A DNA stretch of 50,234 nt from a virus (IMGVR_UViG_3300005805_000124:1-50234), one strand, 5' to 3'; shown: positions 1 through 9,978, numbered from the stretch's first letter. Made by a program: numbers and translations. Notes: generated by a model not told the origin, from the letters alone.

Positions 1-312
1 GTTATGTAGTATAGTAAGACTAATTTGATACTTTTGTTTTTTTTCGAGGATAGCATAAAAAAAAGCAGATTGTTTATTTCTAAATTCATGAACAATTCTA
101 TCGTCTTTCACAACTAGATATGTACCATTTTTTTTATGTATTATTTTTAAATTACCCACTAACCAAGTTTTTTTACCAATTGGTATTAACAATATTTGAT
201 TATTTTTTGTTGAATAATTTTTAAGTTCTTGTAGGGTCCACTGATCTAATTTGCTGAGAGCAATATTAATTAATTTCTCACCTAATTCTTTTTTTGTAAA
301 TGATTCCACCAT
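1..312 (-). CDS. hypothetical protein, 3'-truncated by window edge
   Basis: Translated by hand: ATG at 312, MVESFTKKELGEKLINIALSKLDQW...IVHEFRNKQSAFFYAILE, open to base 1; overlaps the end of the upstream gene. Confidence 0.6.
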   Translation of the reverse strand, partial: MVESFTKKELGEKLINIALSKLDQWTLQELKNYSTKNNQILLIPIGKKTWLVGNLKIIHKKNGTYLVVKDDRIVHEFRNKQSAFFYAILEKKQKYQISLTILHN

Positions 313-487
313 CTTTTTTTATACGCCTTAGTAAACCTTTATTTACAAGTTGATTAGCTAATAAAAGTTGTCTATCTTCTAAATGCATTTTTGGCATATC
401 AGATAAATCATCAAATTTTTTTAAAAAATCAGCTTCTTCATTATTTACGTAGATTTGTAGGCCAGGCGTTAATTCTTTGATTTTCAT
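278..487 (-). CDS. hypothetical protein with MKIKEL N-terminus
   Basis: 69 aa, ATGA overlap with upstream gene. Confidence 0.7.
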   Translation of the reverse strand: MKIKELTPGLQIYVNNEEADFLKKFDDLSDMPKMHLEDRQLLLANQLVNKGLLRRIKKDGGIIYKKRIR

Positions 488-750
488 TTGTTAATTAGGT
501 TAATTATTAGAGTAATATTAGCAGTTAATAGCACTGCTATTATAGAAGTAGCAATGGCTATCATTTGTTTGTTTATGCCTGCAGTTTTATTGCCTATTGT
601 ATCTTTAATGACTATAATATGTTGTTCTAAAGTGGTAATTCGTTGATTAACAAGGTCTATTTTTTCTTCTAAACTTTTATATCGCTCTGCACATAATTCC
701 ACATGAGCTTCTAAGTTAACTTTTTCAATTTCAGTTGGACTGCTTATCAT
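484..750 (-). CDS. small coiled-coil protein with C-terminal transmembrane helix (holin/XhlA-like architecture)
   Basis: Heptad-like N-terminal half followed by hydrophobic MIAIATSIIAVLLTANITLIINLI. Confidence 0.55.
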   Translation of the reverse strand: MISSPTEIEKVNLEAHVELCAERYKSLEEKIDLVNQRITTLEQHIIVIKDTIGNKTAGINKQMIAIATSIIAVLLTANITLIINLINK

Positions 751-789
751 TTCATGTGTTCCTGTACTAAAAAATTGTTATTAGTCAAA

Positions 790-816
790 ATAAAAGGCAG
801 CAGAGCTGCCTTTTAT
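790..816 (-). terminator. intrinsic terminator
   Basis: ATAAAAGGCAGC-aga-GCTGCCTTTTAT inverted repeat just downstream of the 830..1252 gene. Confidence 0.8.
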
Positions 817-829
817 ATCTGATCACTAA

Positions 830-1252
830 TTAGGCACCAGCTGTGGTGACAAACTTAAGACCAGGTTCAGCAACTTTAACACCAGTAAGGTTAACACCGC
901 TTACTGTATCTAAAGCTACAATGTTTGCTTCTAAATCAGTGGCATTCCATGAACTATCTTCAATTAGAACACTGATTAGACCATTAGTAACACCACCAAT
1001 ACCGGCGCTTGAAACTTGATAGGCTAGCAATGTGCTGTTAACACCAAGTACACGAAGAACAGCTTCTACTGCTTCGCCTGTTCCTAATGCTGTGGTAAAA
1101 GCCACATTGGCATTAATACTAAAAGCTTGTACAGGTTTACCAATACCTGTGCTTACAATTGTGCCTAATGTACTAGCTTCTGTGCTAAGAGCAACGGCAC
1201 CAACTGATACGACATTTTGTGCATTACCATTTGTACGTGTAAATACTGCCAT
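830..1252 (-). CDS. putative virion structural protein
   Basis: 140 aa rich in A/V/G/T; GAGG RBS; has its own late-type promoter and terminator. Confidence 0.6.
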   Translation of the reverse strand: MAVFTRTNGNAQNVVSVGAVALSTEASTLGTIVSTGIGKPVQAFSINANVAFTTALGTGEAVEAVLRVLGVNSTLLAYQVSSAGIGGVTNGLISVLIEDSSWNATDLEANIVALDTVSGVNLTGVKVAEPGLKFVTTAGA

Positions 1253-1287
1253 TTTATTTTCCTCATTTAAATTTGCGTTTCCGCATG

Positions 1288-1299
1288 TATTTATTTATC
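1288..1299 (-). promoter_or_regulatory. T4-like late promoter variant
   Basis: GATAAATAAATA on the minus strand upstream of the 830..1252 gene. Confidence 0.5.
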
Positions 1300-1312
1300 C
1301 AAATTTAATTTT

Positions 1313-2449
1313 TTATCTAGCCGAGTGTATTTGTGCAGCAAATCCGCCTAATCTACGAACAAATTTCACACCATTTGCCACATAACCTTCTTGGCTGGGA
1401 TCGCCCGATTCTAAATATCCCTGTACTGGACTGGATTGACTGGCCTTATCTAACTGTGGGATAAGTGATTCTTTAAGGTTTAGTATAGCTAACCAAATTT
1501 TAAATAAAGCTAGAAAACCTTTTTGATTTGATAAGATATAATTATCCATTACCTGTTTGGCTCGTTCGTTTTTTGCACGAGCTTGTGCAAATTGTTGAAA
1601 CCTAGGTAATAAGTTTGAAAAGTTTTGTTGCCCAATTATCTGTTGGTTGATAAAAGGACTAAGATAGTAAGTTCTTAATACATTTAGGCTAATAGGGCTA
1701 GCATCAAAAAGTTTATCGACTTCTGAACCTAAAGAATTTACTGTAGATGTAGCACTAGATAATAAACGTTTATTAACTTTAAGTTCGGGAGTAATGGGCA
1801 TTTCACTGGGCAAGATAGCCAGATTTCCCGCGGGCCGTAACCCGCCTAATGTGCCATTTAAACTTGCTGCTGCATTTTCTTGATCTAAGTTCGCTGCATT
1901 AGCATTAATTATCTGATGCACTGCAATACCTGCCTGCTTGCCTGCTAATAGTTTTCCAATAGTACTATCTGCTTGAACCTTATAGATTATGCCTTTAGGA
2001 TTGGCTCTAAAAGTATATGTTCCGTCTGGTTTAATTGTTAAAGGTTCAGTGAATAACATATCACCCCAATAATAACCGGGCTGTTTAGGTGTGGATGTTT
2101 GTAGACTGGGCCATACTGCAGCCAGAGCACGGTGTAGATTAGTTCTATCTGCTCCTCGCTGCATATCATAGTTAATAAAGTCGCGTGATGTTCCTAAAGT
2201 TCTTACACCCTTGTTAAACATATGTTTATCCATTACACCAAACTGTAATTGATTATCATATCCCCATATTATGGCAGGATATCCATCGTATTTTATGGTA
2301 ATTGTTTTAGGATTACTTACTGTATTTTCTATTGCTTGTAAAGCAAATTTAGCACCCTGAGAACCTGCAATATAAATTAAATCTTCGGGATGAGTTAAGT
2401 GAGCTCGCCCTACCATTTCATCTTCAATAAGTATTTCTAATATTTTCAT
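1313..2449 (-). CDS. RNA/DNA-ligase-like nucleotidyltransferase-fold protein (probably DUF6267-type)
   Basis: TIKYDG (motif I KxDG), WGDMLF, QEGYV (motif IV), VKFV (motif V). Confidence 0.55.
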   Translation of the reverse strand: MKILEILIEDEMVGRAHLTHPEDLIYIAGSQGAKFALQAIENTVSNPKTITIKYDGYPAIIWGYDNQLQFGVMDKHMFNKGVRTLGTSRDFINYDMQRGADRTNLHRALAAVWPSLQTSTPKQPGYYWGDMLFTEPLTIKPDGTYTFRANPKGIIYKVQADSTIGKLLAGKQAGIAVHQIINANAANLDQENAAASLNGTLGGLRPAGNLAILPSEMPITPELKVNKRLLSSATSTVNSLGSEVDKLFDASPISLNVLRTYYLSPFINQQIIGQQNFSNLLPRFQQFAQARAKNERAKQVMDNYILSNQKGFLALFKIWLAILNLKESLIPQLDKASQSSPVQGYLESGDPSQEGYVANGVKFVRRLGGFAAQIHSAR

Positions 2450-2772
2450 GGTGTACTTCCCATTAACCTTAATAATTCTTTTGCATCCAACGATGACATT
2501 TGATTAACAATTTGCCAAGCGGTGTTAAATCCAGGACTACTGACCGGTACGGGTTGAGCTGTAGGGGTAGTTGGAGCCGGAGCCGGAGCAGTCAATGTTT
2601 GTTGTTGCACAGTTCCACTTGGAGTAGAAGAAGTACTAGGTGCTGTAGGTCTTGGCGTAATTGAAACAGCTTGGGGTTGTTGACCGGTAGGCACTAAATT
2701 TGTAGGTCCCGATGTAGCTTCATTTACGCCATTTAATGAAAAATCTAAATTTTTAATATCATTGATTTTCAT
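2446..2772 (-). CDS. hypothetical P/T/Q-rich protein with MKINDI N-terminus
   Basis: 108 aa, low-complexity centre, translationally coupled to both neighbours. Confidence 0.65.
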   Translation of the reverse strand: MKINDIKNLDFSLNGVNEATSGPTNLVPTGQQPQAVSITPRPTAPSTSSTPSGTVQQQTLTAPAPAPTTPTAQPVPVSSPGFNTAWQIVNQMSSLDAKELLRLMGSTP

Positions 2773-3335
2773 TATGCATTTCCTTGATTACGTGTGGCAA
2801 TAATTTTTAGCAATTGTTCTATTTTTGTTTGTTCATCTGGTGTAAAAGTATCAATAAGTGCTTTCATTCTAGTAAGTACTTGTAATCTATCCGAAGGTAT
2901 AGTTGTTGCGGCCTTGTCAATTAATTGATTGTATCTGGAACTTATTTGACTGAAAAATGTAGGTAACTGACGCATATCCGTTGGAGCAGCCAAATCTCTT
3001 GTGATAAAAGTATATAGATCCTGTCTATCTACTACATTTTTTACCATACTGTCTTGGCCTAGAAAATATTCTAGTGCGAAAGGTACAGCAGATTGTGCTA
3101 TAGTTGCTTCCGCAGAGGGGTCTCTAACTCTAAGTCCCAATGGCCATGCTCCGCCTACAGAGCCTTCATTGCGTTTTAATTGTATAAAATCTTTATAGCT
3201 TTCTCGATTAAGTTTTTGACGCAGGGATTTAGTCTGTGCTAATTTCTGAACATCTGACCCTTTACCGCCCAAAGCTCTACTGATTCCCCCTGCCAGTGTG
3301 GATAAAAAATTTTCTTCTAGTTCTTGGATTTTCAT
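2772..3335 (-). CDS. hypothetical protein with MKIQELEE N-terminus
   Basis: 187 aa, TAATG overlaps on both sides. Confidence 0.7.
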   Translation of the reverse strand: MKIQELEENFLSTLAGGISRALGGKGSDVQKLAQTKSLRQKLNRESYKDFIQLKRNEGSVGGAWPLGLRVRDPSAEATIAQSAVPFALEYFLGQDSMVKNVVDRQDLYTFITRDLAAPTDMRQLPTFFSQISSRYNQLIDKAATTIPSDRLQVLTRMKALIDTFTPDEQTKIEQLLKIIATRNQGNA

Positions 3336-3574
3336 TATTTAAATTTCTTTACACCTTTTTCAAACTTCTCAGAATCTTCATTTCGTATACTTAATAATAA
3401 TCTTTTTTTCAGTTCTTCTGCCTGTTCACTGGTATAATTTTCTTTAATAAAAGAAAGTAAATTTATTGCACCCTGAATAACGTGAGAAGCTCGACTTTCG
3501 ACTAATTGTTCTCTGTCTCTATTAAGCCTTAAACTTTCAAGTTCTTCTAAAATACTGCGAGTTTTACGTTGCAA
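3335..3574 (-). CDS. hypothetical protein
   Basis: 79 aa, TTG start downstream of a TATAAATA late promoter. Confidence 0.65.
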   Translation of the reverse strand: MQRKTRSILEELESLRLNRDREQLVESRASHVIQGAINLLSFIKENYTSEQAEELKKRLLLSIRNEDSEKFEKGVKKFK

Positions 3575-3596
3575 CTTTTGTTTCCCAGAATAATAT

Positions 3597-3604
3597 TATT
3601 TATA
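3597..3604 (-). promoter_or_regulatory. T4-type late promoter
   Basis: Exact TATAAATA overlapping the helicase stop codon. Confidence 0.7.
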
Positions 3605-5003
3605 TTGAATTATTTTTTAAGCTGGCTAGCAATTGTTTAACTTTAGTGCTTGAAACTTCTGCAGACGGGGATTTTTCCAATGCCTCCCCGGGATTATCTA
3701 TTCGGGAGGATGTTTTAATTTGATTCATTATGCTTGATGTTTGAGGTTTTAAACTACCTGGGGTGCCCTGTGCTTCTTCCCCGGGATCAGAAATTCTTAG
3801 ACTTTCGATATCGAAATCTAAATCCACTTTCATTCCAACTCCACTACTACTACGTGTTTTCATTAATTGAATTTGATAACGTCCTCGCTCGCGCATTGCA
3901 CGGCTGGTAAAAATACCGAACACATTATCTGCTGTGTTAATTTTACTGATACCACCACTAATATGACTATGATCAAATTCAATTTCTTCTACAGCACTTC
4001 GATTTAACTGACTGGCAGTTATCATAAGGATATTAAGTTCTTTAGCTAAATTTCTTAGTTCTTCGCTGACATATTTGTCTTTAACAAACAGATCATTGGG
4101 ACTGACCTTAGCACTAACTGGCATTACAAGATCCAAATAATCTACCATAATAAAATCGGCCCGCCTATTAGTCTGTACTTCTAGTTCTTTAAGATATGCT
4201 CTTATTTGATTTACATTGCTTTGTGCTGGCATATATTTAATACGTAGACTGCCGGATTTTTTGCCAGCCATTTTAACTTTCATCTCTACAGTATCTAAAT
4301 CTCTAAATATTTCTCGTGTACTTACGTTAGCAACCATACTGTCCATACGCATAGCACAGAGTTCTTCGCTAAGTTCTAAAGTTAAGAACACACCATTTAG
4401 TCCCTGTGTGATCCAATTTATCGCAATATTTTGCATAAACAGACTCTTGCCACTACCCGAACCACCAGCAAAGATGTTTAGTTCGCCTCTATTCATACCG
4501 CCAAACAATCGTTTGTCTAATGTAGGCCAACCTGTGGTAACTTGACCATTGTTACTTTTAATCTTCAATAATCTTGCTCGGGGATCGGCAAAATAATCTG
4601 TACCTAAATCCTTAGTAAGACTGATCTGTACTGCATCTTTAATTAATTTTTCAACTGGATCATATTCACCTTTTTCAATAAGATCTGCACTTTGCAAAAT
4701 TGCTCGTTCTAATTCTTTACGTTTAGTAAAGTTTTCGAATTCTGTCATAAACCAATCATAATGATTGTCGATTAAATCTGGTATGGGTCTAAGTTCTACC
4801 TGACTAACTGCTTGAATCTGCTCCACAGTGGGCAAGGTACTATACTCAGCTACATGCTGTTGAAAAAACTTTGCTGCTGCTCTTAGACTTCTATCAAAAT
4901 TTTCTGGGTTGAAAATATTTTGAACACGTACAAAACTTTCAGGGTTTTGTAAAATCATTTCTAAGAACAATTTTTGTAGTTCTGTACTATAGTCTTTGCT
5001 CAT
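3600..5003 (-). CDS. DnaB-like replicative helicase (T4 gp41-like)
   Basis: Walker A GGSGSGKS, TLELSE, IMVDYLD, TASQLNR, MKTRS. Confidence 0.93.
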   Translation of the reverse strand: MSKDYSTELQKLFLEMILQNPESFVRVQNIFNPENFDRSLRAAAKFFQQHVAEYSTLPTVEQIQAVSQVELRPIPDLIDNHYDWFMTEFENFTKRKELERAILQSADLIEKGEYDPVEKLIKDAVQISLTKDLGTDYFADPRARLLKIKSNNGQVTTGWPTLDKRLFGGMNRGELNIFAGGSGSGKSLFMQNIAINWITQGLNGVFLTLELSEELCAMRMDSMVANVSTREIFRDLDTVEMKVKMAGKKSGSLRIKYMPAQSNVNQIRAYLKELEVQTNRRADFIMVDYLDLVMPVSAKVSPNDLFVKDKYVSEELRNLAKELNILMITASQLNRSAVEEIEFDHSHISGGISKINTADNVFGIFTSRAMRERGRYQIQLMKTRSSSGVGMKVDLDFDIESLRISDPGEEAQGTPGSLKPQTSSIMNQIKTSSRIDNPGEALEKSPSAEVSSTKVKQLLASLKNNSI

Positions 5004-6045
5004 ATTGTTTTGTTAGTAGTTGTATTTTTAAATGATTAGATTCTGTGGCCTGTAATATAGTTTTCAATGTAAATAATTTTCCATATTTCACTACAGCATC
5101 GGCAACATCTTTAACTTCTTCTGACCAAACAGGAAAACTTACTGCCCATCCATATTCTATTGCACGTTGTATTAAATGACGTCCTGGCCAGACTTTTTTG
5201 TCTTGTGTATTTACATGTAAATCAAAGTCGGGCACAACAATTACCTGTTTACCCAAGGCCTCAATTAATTCTGCTTGTGTTTCGCTTATTTCCGACGATA
5301 AAACTGCCACTCCGTCAATTGACATAGCATCGAATACGCCTTCTGATACTATAACAAATTTATTCTCTCGTTGTTGATTATCTAAATTAAAAACAAATTG
5401 ACCAGGCGAATCACTGTGATATTTAGGTGTTATTCCGTCATCAACCGCTCGAGCAGTATATCCAACAATTTCGTTTTTGTAGTAGAACGGTATAATTACT
5501 CTATGAGTCAATTTGTATTCAATCTCAGGAGTCCAATAGAATTCATATCTTTTCAAATCAATTTGTCTATTGTAAACATAATTTACCGCCTTAATAAATT
5601 CCCTGGGAAAAATTCTATCAGCTAAATGATAAAATTCTGCAATAGCCATAAAACTAAGAGCTTCTTTAGGTAAAGATTTGGAGGTAAATTCTATTGGTTC
5701 TTCAGGTTCTTTAATATCGTCGGGATTGATCAGCTCTCTAACACGTAATGCTTCGATAACTAATCTTTGAATCTGATTATCGTCAGCACCTAACCATTTT
5801 AAAAATTTCCTGTATTTAAAACTTAGGGGTCTGCCAGGAACATAACTGGTCTTCCATTGACAGTTAAAACAATGATAAGAAATACCGCCTTCGGAATTAG
5901 TTTTTATGCCGCCGCGGCCTCGTGTATCCGTACTGTGACCGTTATGATGGCAACAGACTGCATTGAAACTGATCCAGCCGCTTTGACTAGTTTTACGTTT
6001 GGCGGGCAAATGGCTCAGTGTAAAATCTTGAACCGTATTGAACAT
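4987..6045 (-). CDS. DNA primase (T4 gp61-like)
   Basis: N-terminal Zn-binding C/H residues with YHCFNC, VIIPF, GYTAR, TOPRIM EGVFDA and PDFD. Confidence 0.9.
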   Translation of the reverse strand: MFNTVQDFTLSHLPAKRKTSQSGWISFNAVCCHHNGHSTDTRGRGGIKTNSEGGISYHCFNCQWKTSYVPGRPLSFKYRKFLKWLGADDNQIQRLVIEALRVRELINPDDIKEPEEPIEFTSKSLPKEALSFMAIAEFYHLADRIFPREFIKAVNYVYNRQIDLKRYEFYWTPEIEYKLTHRVIIPFYYKNEIVGYTARAVDDGITPKYHSDSPGQFVFNLDNQQRENKFVIVSEGVFDAMSIDGVAVLSSEISETQAELIEALGKQVIVVPDFDLHVNTQDKKVWPGRHLIQRAIEYGWAVSFPVWSEEVKDVADAVVKYGKLFTLKTILQATESNHLKIQLLTKQYEQRL

Positions 6046-6086
6046 CTAACTACTATACAGGATTAATTGAGTTAAATCAAATATTT

Positions 6087-7943
6087 TTACGTCATTTCCT
6101 GCCATTCAATACTGGCATAAATGTCTTGATTTGTACCTGTTGTAGCCACAGTGATAACATACTCATAGGGTACGCCGGTGAACGGTTCTCGTTCTAACTG
6201 GTAGATAAATGAGAACTGTTCTTGTGTAGGGGAGCCGGCACTTTGATTAGTACTGTTGAAAAAACTCTGTTCCACGATATCGCCCGACACCAAAGCTGTA
6301 GGAGCTAGGTTGTATTGTACTGCACTGTCGGCCGCTGAATCAACCCAACTGCCGCCGCTGGTAATGGCATATTTGTAAACTCTGAATTGGAATAAACTCT
6401 GTGCCACCGGCACAATGCTGTAATTAATGGGCACAACCACCGCATCCAACATAGAAGATTTGAGTCTGACGGCTATCACAGGCACAAAGCTCGCATCATT
6501 GGGCAGACGTCGTGGAGTGCCTATTAAATGAGAAGCTGCTCTGGGATTGCCCAACAACTGATAGCCACCTTCTGAAATCACACTGGAACAGATTTGTCGC
6601 AGGGTACTAGGTGATACTGTAGCACCTGTGTTTGTGATTTCCAAGCGTAAAGGCAAAGTCGCTGTAGTCATGTAAGTTGTTGTATTGTCAACAAATGCTG
6701 TGCTGGGAATATTAGCGTGATGAAAGTGATGACACTCAACGTAATTTCCATCAATGATAAATCCCACCCGTACTGTGCCTACTCCCAACCATTCAATGTC
6801 GCAGAACCAGATCTGGACCAGTGCGACATTGAGCGTAATGCCCGAAGGGTTAGTACCTATGGTGTTGCTGAGACTGTTGATGTTCCAGTCAGCTTGCGCC
6901 ACACGATCTTCAACTATTACGCCAGAACTGTAGCTGCGAATCACCATATATAGGTTAGAGCCGTCGACTTCAAAATATATGCCATTCTGTGCACCAAAAT
7001 AGCCCACACGCTGGCGCAGATTAGTTTTAGCTGTATTCATGCAAAACGACTGATAGATCAGCAGACTTTTACCAGGCTGATAGGTAAAAGTTCTTACTGT
7101 TTCTCTCAGTACTTGATCGCCCGATGCTGTGCCCACTGAACACAAAAATGAACTGGAGTTGGCATTGTAGACCACATTGGCTGTAGCACCGGTAATAGAT
7201 GAACTGAACTGTTCATGATCATAGTATCTGACCTGTGTGTCAAAGATAGTCACAGGATTTGAAACACGCAATCGGCCAAATGCATCTTTAAGACCGTCTT
7301 GGAAACCGCTGACTTCCACACTGCCGCCAGTTATGCTGACATTGGTTGTGCCGGTGATTCCAACATTACCATCCACAGTAATACTGCCACCACCATCTAC
7401 TACAGTTACATTAGAGTTAATACTGCTTATAGTTAGATTATTTGTTATAGTGGCATTGACGTTACCTGTAACAGGCAAGGTGTTTCCGGTTAAATCAAGA
7501 TTGCCAATCGCGGTGACAATGATATTACCTGTTATTGGATTTACATTAACATTACTGGCGATAGCTGTTATATTGGGACTGTTAATTATATTTGCATTTA
7601 CCAACCAGGGAACAGTTCCTTGGTAAGCAGTTACATTACCATTAATAGGTAATGAATTAGTAGAAATGTCTATGTTACCTATGCTGGTAACAATAACATT
7701 GCCATTTATTGGCATGTAAGGGACATCATTTGCCAATAAATTACCGCTTGTGCCAATTTCTGTAATATGAGTGTGAATAGGATTATCGGGACTACTTGCT
7801 ACATTTACTGTGGTTGGTATAGCTATATTCCCTATTATATTAATATTTGAGCTACCTAAAGTAACTGGTAAAGGATTTACTTCAGTTATTGCAGTTCCAT
7901 TACTTTGGAATATACTACTGGTATTACTAAACAAATAGGTCAT
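6087..7943 (-). CDS. putative virion/tail-associated protein
   Basis: 618 aa; N-terminal GNV/GNI repeats and a beta-rich C-terminal domain starting DAFGRLRVSNP. Confidence 0.6.
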   Translation of the reverse strand: MTYLFSNTSSIFQSNGTAITEVNPLPVTLGSSNINIIGNIAIPTTVNVASSPDNPIHTHITEIGTSGNLLANDVPYMPINGNVIVTSIGNIDISTNSLPINGNVTAYQGTVPWLVNANIINSPNITAIASNVNVNPITGNIIVTAIGNLDLTGNTLPVTGNVNATITNNLTISSINSNVTVVDGGGSITVDGNVGITGTTNVSITGGSVEVSGFQDGLKDAFGRLRVSNPVTIFDTQVRYYDHEQFSSSITGATANVVYNANSSSFLCSVGTASGDQVLRETVRTFTYQPGKSLLIYQSFCMNTAKTNLRQRVGYFGAQNGIYFEVDGSNLYMVIRSYSSGVIVEDRVAQADWNINSLSNTIGTNPSGITLNVALVQIWFCDIEWLGVGTVRVGFIIDGNYVECHHFHHANIPSTAFVDNTTTYMTTATLPLRLEITNTGATVSPSTLRQICSSVISEGGYQLLGNPRAASHLIGTPRRLPNDASFVPVIAVRLKSSMLDAVVVPINYSIVPVAQSLFQFRVYKYAITSGGSWVDSAADSAVQYNLAPTALVSGDIVEQSFFNSTNQSAGSPTQEQFSFIYQLEREPFTGVPYEYVITVATTGTNQDIYASIEWQEMT

Positions 7944-8401
7944 ATAATTCTCCAGCCGCCATTAGTATAAATCATATCCACCGCGGCATTGTTTAATGCT
8001 AATATGACTGAGTTTTGATTGTCTATGGTATCTGTGCCTTGTGGATTTATTGTTAAATTATGAATGCTGCAATTACTGCTTTGATCTTTTACTACACAGA
8101 TACGACCTTCTTCACCTGGCGGTAAAGTTATTGTTATAGCAGCATTGCTCATTACACCAACATAGTAATCACTAGATACAAAAGTATAATCTGTATATAC
8201 AGTTCTTACATTATAATTAAATGTACCTGTGCCATTGCCCCCGAACCCAACAATTCGGCCACCAGGTAACCCATTACCTACTCGTATCGTATTTGTAATA
8301 GGATCATACCAAAGACGATCCATCTGTCCGATGCGCACATTACCATCAGCATAATTTCTTCTGTCTGTAAAAAAATCCTGAGTATAGACATTTGCTGACA
8401 T
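7940..8401 (-). CDS. tail-fibre-like protein
   Basis: LWYD...IRVGNGLPGG N-terminus and ITITLP...VKD...TINPQGTDTID motif typical of phage fibre domains. Confidence 0.6.
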   Translation of the reverse strand: MSANVYTQDFFTDRRNYADGNVRIGQMDRLWYDPITNTIRVGNGLPGGRIVGFGGNGTGTFNYNVRTVYTDYTFVSSDYYVGVMSNAAITITLPPGEEGRICVVKDQSSNCSIHNLTINPQGTDTIDNQNSVILALNNAAVDMIYTNGGWRII

Positions 8402-8409
8402 TTATTACC

Positions 8410-8820
8410 TCAGGAATCTAATGGTTCATCATCACCTGCATCAAATATTGTAGCTACTGGAATACCTGCTATTTTCTTTATTTGATCTAATTCGTCGAAG
8501 GATTGACCATTTAGTGTTAAATTAATATTGCTATCACTCTGTCCAGCTGGTACATTTAATGTAATATTAATAGGTTGCACTTGTTGTGATTTTAGTGATT
8601 CATTACCATAGTAACTATCGACATCAACTGCTTTTTTTAATAATTCTAATTTTTGTTGCAGTGGGGCTACCATAGTTTTTTTATCAGCCGTATCGTCAGA
8701 TTCAGGCTCTACGTTTTCTACTTCGGGTCGATTTTCTATTTCACCTACATAATTATCTTGAGGCAAATCTTTATGCAGATGTAGTGTTTCTAATTGGTTA
8801 AATAATTCAGATATTTTCAT
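8410..8820 (-). CDS. hypothetical acidic protein with MKISELF N-terminus
   Basis: 136 aa; MVAPLQQKLELLKK and IKKIAGI segments. Confidence 0.7.
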   Translation of the reverse strand: MKISELFNQLETLHLHKDLPQDNYVGEIENRPEVENVEPESDDTADKKTMVAPLQQKLELLKKAVDVDSYYGNESLKSQQVQPINITLNVPAGQSDSNINLTLNGQSFDELDQIKKIAGIPVATIFDAGDDEPLDS

Positions 8821-9131
8821 TATGGGTTAAGGAATGTGGTACTATTTTGATTAAGTGCACTAGCATAAACTGTGCCAATTTCGGTTAGTGTAATTAATGT
8901 GCTTGCTCCATTTGCAGGTAATACACTGACCCTTTGTCCTATATTGGATAAAATTATATCAGTGGGTCGACCTGCAGGAATTGCCGGTCCTACGTTTGCG
9001 GTTAAAGTTGCTGGTGCATTAATAGCAAATACGCAGGTATTATTTGCCACAATACGTACTCTTGTAGTATTTAAAGTGTTAATTCCTGCTACATTAGCAG
9101 CGGTTGCGGTTACAACTGTATAACTGGCCAT
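8820..9131 (-). CDS. putative small virion protein
   Basis: 103 aa beta-rich, first gene after a late promoter, AGGA RBS. Confidence 0.65.
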   Translation of the reverse strand: MASYTVVTATAANVAGINTLNTTRVRIVANNTCVFAINAPATLTANVGPAIPAGRPTDIILSNIGQRVSVLPANGASTLITLTEIGTVYASALNQNSTTFLNP

Positions 9132-9150
9132 ATTATAATCCTATTTTTAT

Positions 9151-9158
9151 TATTTATA
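9151..9158 (-). promoter_or_regulatory. T4-type late promoter
   Basis: Exact TATAAATA in an intergenic gap. Confidence 0.75.
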
Positions 9159-9187
9159 AAGAAAATAATAATTTTCCAATTCAATCC

Positions 9188-9976
9188 TTACTTGATGTAA
9201 ACTGCATAAGAGTTTATATCTGACCTTTGGCTGTTAACATTAGCTGCTACATTAGCCATACCATAAAGAGCATTGGAAGTTGGGTTTGTCCAAGAGCCTG
9301 TACCTTGTGCATTACCACTTCGCCCTTGTGCCTGTAACTCAGTGCTAGGACCGCATACAGTCCACCAACTTGTATTAGTGGCGTATATCCAATCTCCTGG
9401 AGCATTTACTGATAATGATGTGTTCATTACAGTATGACCTTTCACAGGAGACCAAGTTCCAGTCATTGGGGTATTATTAACGAAGGCAGGGTAATTGCTT
9501 ACTGTGCTCATTAAAAGATTACTTGGATTAGTATAAACTACCTTATTTGCTATATCCATATTAGCTAGTAAAGGGGTTCTACTTGCAGTTGTTGATGCCA
9601 TTTTTAAAACCTGTGTGCATTGGTAAACACTATTATGAAACCAAAGATCCATAGTTTTAGTTCTCAATTTGTTAAGAGTGCCTTCCCCATTTTCCCAAGT
9701 ATTAGGATAATCAAGTCCAGCAGTTATACCCCCAACTGATAAGCCGGTAAAGCCAGGAGTGTAAGCGATTAACATCCACCCGCCGCCCTCATCAGTCATA
9801 TTGCAATAAACTCTTCGAGAAGATGCCATAGTCGATGTTTTAATGTAATACCAACCGGAAACTGTCTGACCAGAATTATAAATGTCTTGTGCTGAAACTC
9901 CAGGATTATCCAGGGTTCCTTTGGCCGATGAATCTACAATTGTTCCACCGTTTATTGTTAAACCTACTATATTCAT
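9188..9976 (-). CDS. fibrinogen-related (FReD-like) domain protein
   Basis: SGWYYIK...VYCNMTDEGGGWMLI; start moved to the ATG at 9976 (MNIVG), just after the tail-fibre stop. Confidence 0.7.
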   Translation of the reverse strand: MNIVGLTINGGTIVDSSAKGTLDNPGVSAQDIYNSGQTVSGWYYIKTSTMASSRRVYCNMTDEGGGWMLIAYTPGFTGLSVGGITAGLDYPNTWENGEGTLNKLRTKTMDLWFHNSVYQCTQVLKMASTTASRTPLLANMDIANKVVYTNPSNLLMSTVSNYPAFVNNTPMTGTWSPVKGHTVMNTSLSVNAPGDWIYATNTSWWTVCGPSTELQAQGRSGNAQGTGSWTNPTSNALYGMANVAANVNSQRSDINSYAVYIK

Positions 9977-9978
9977 GT

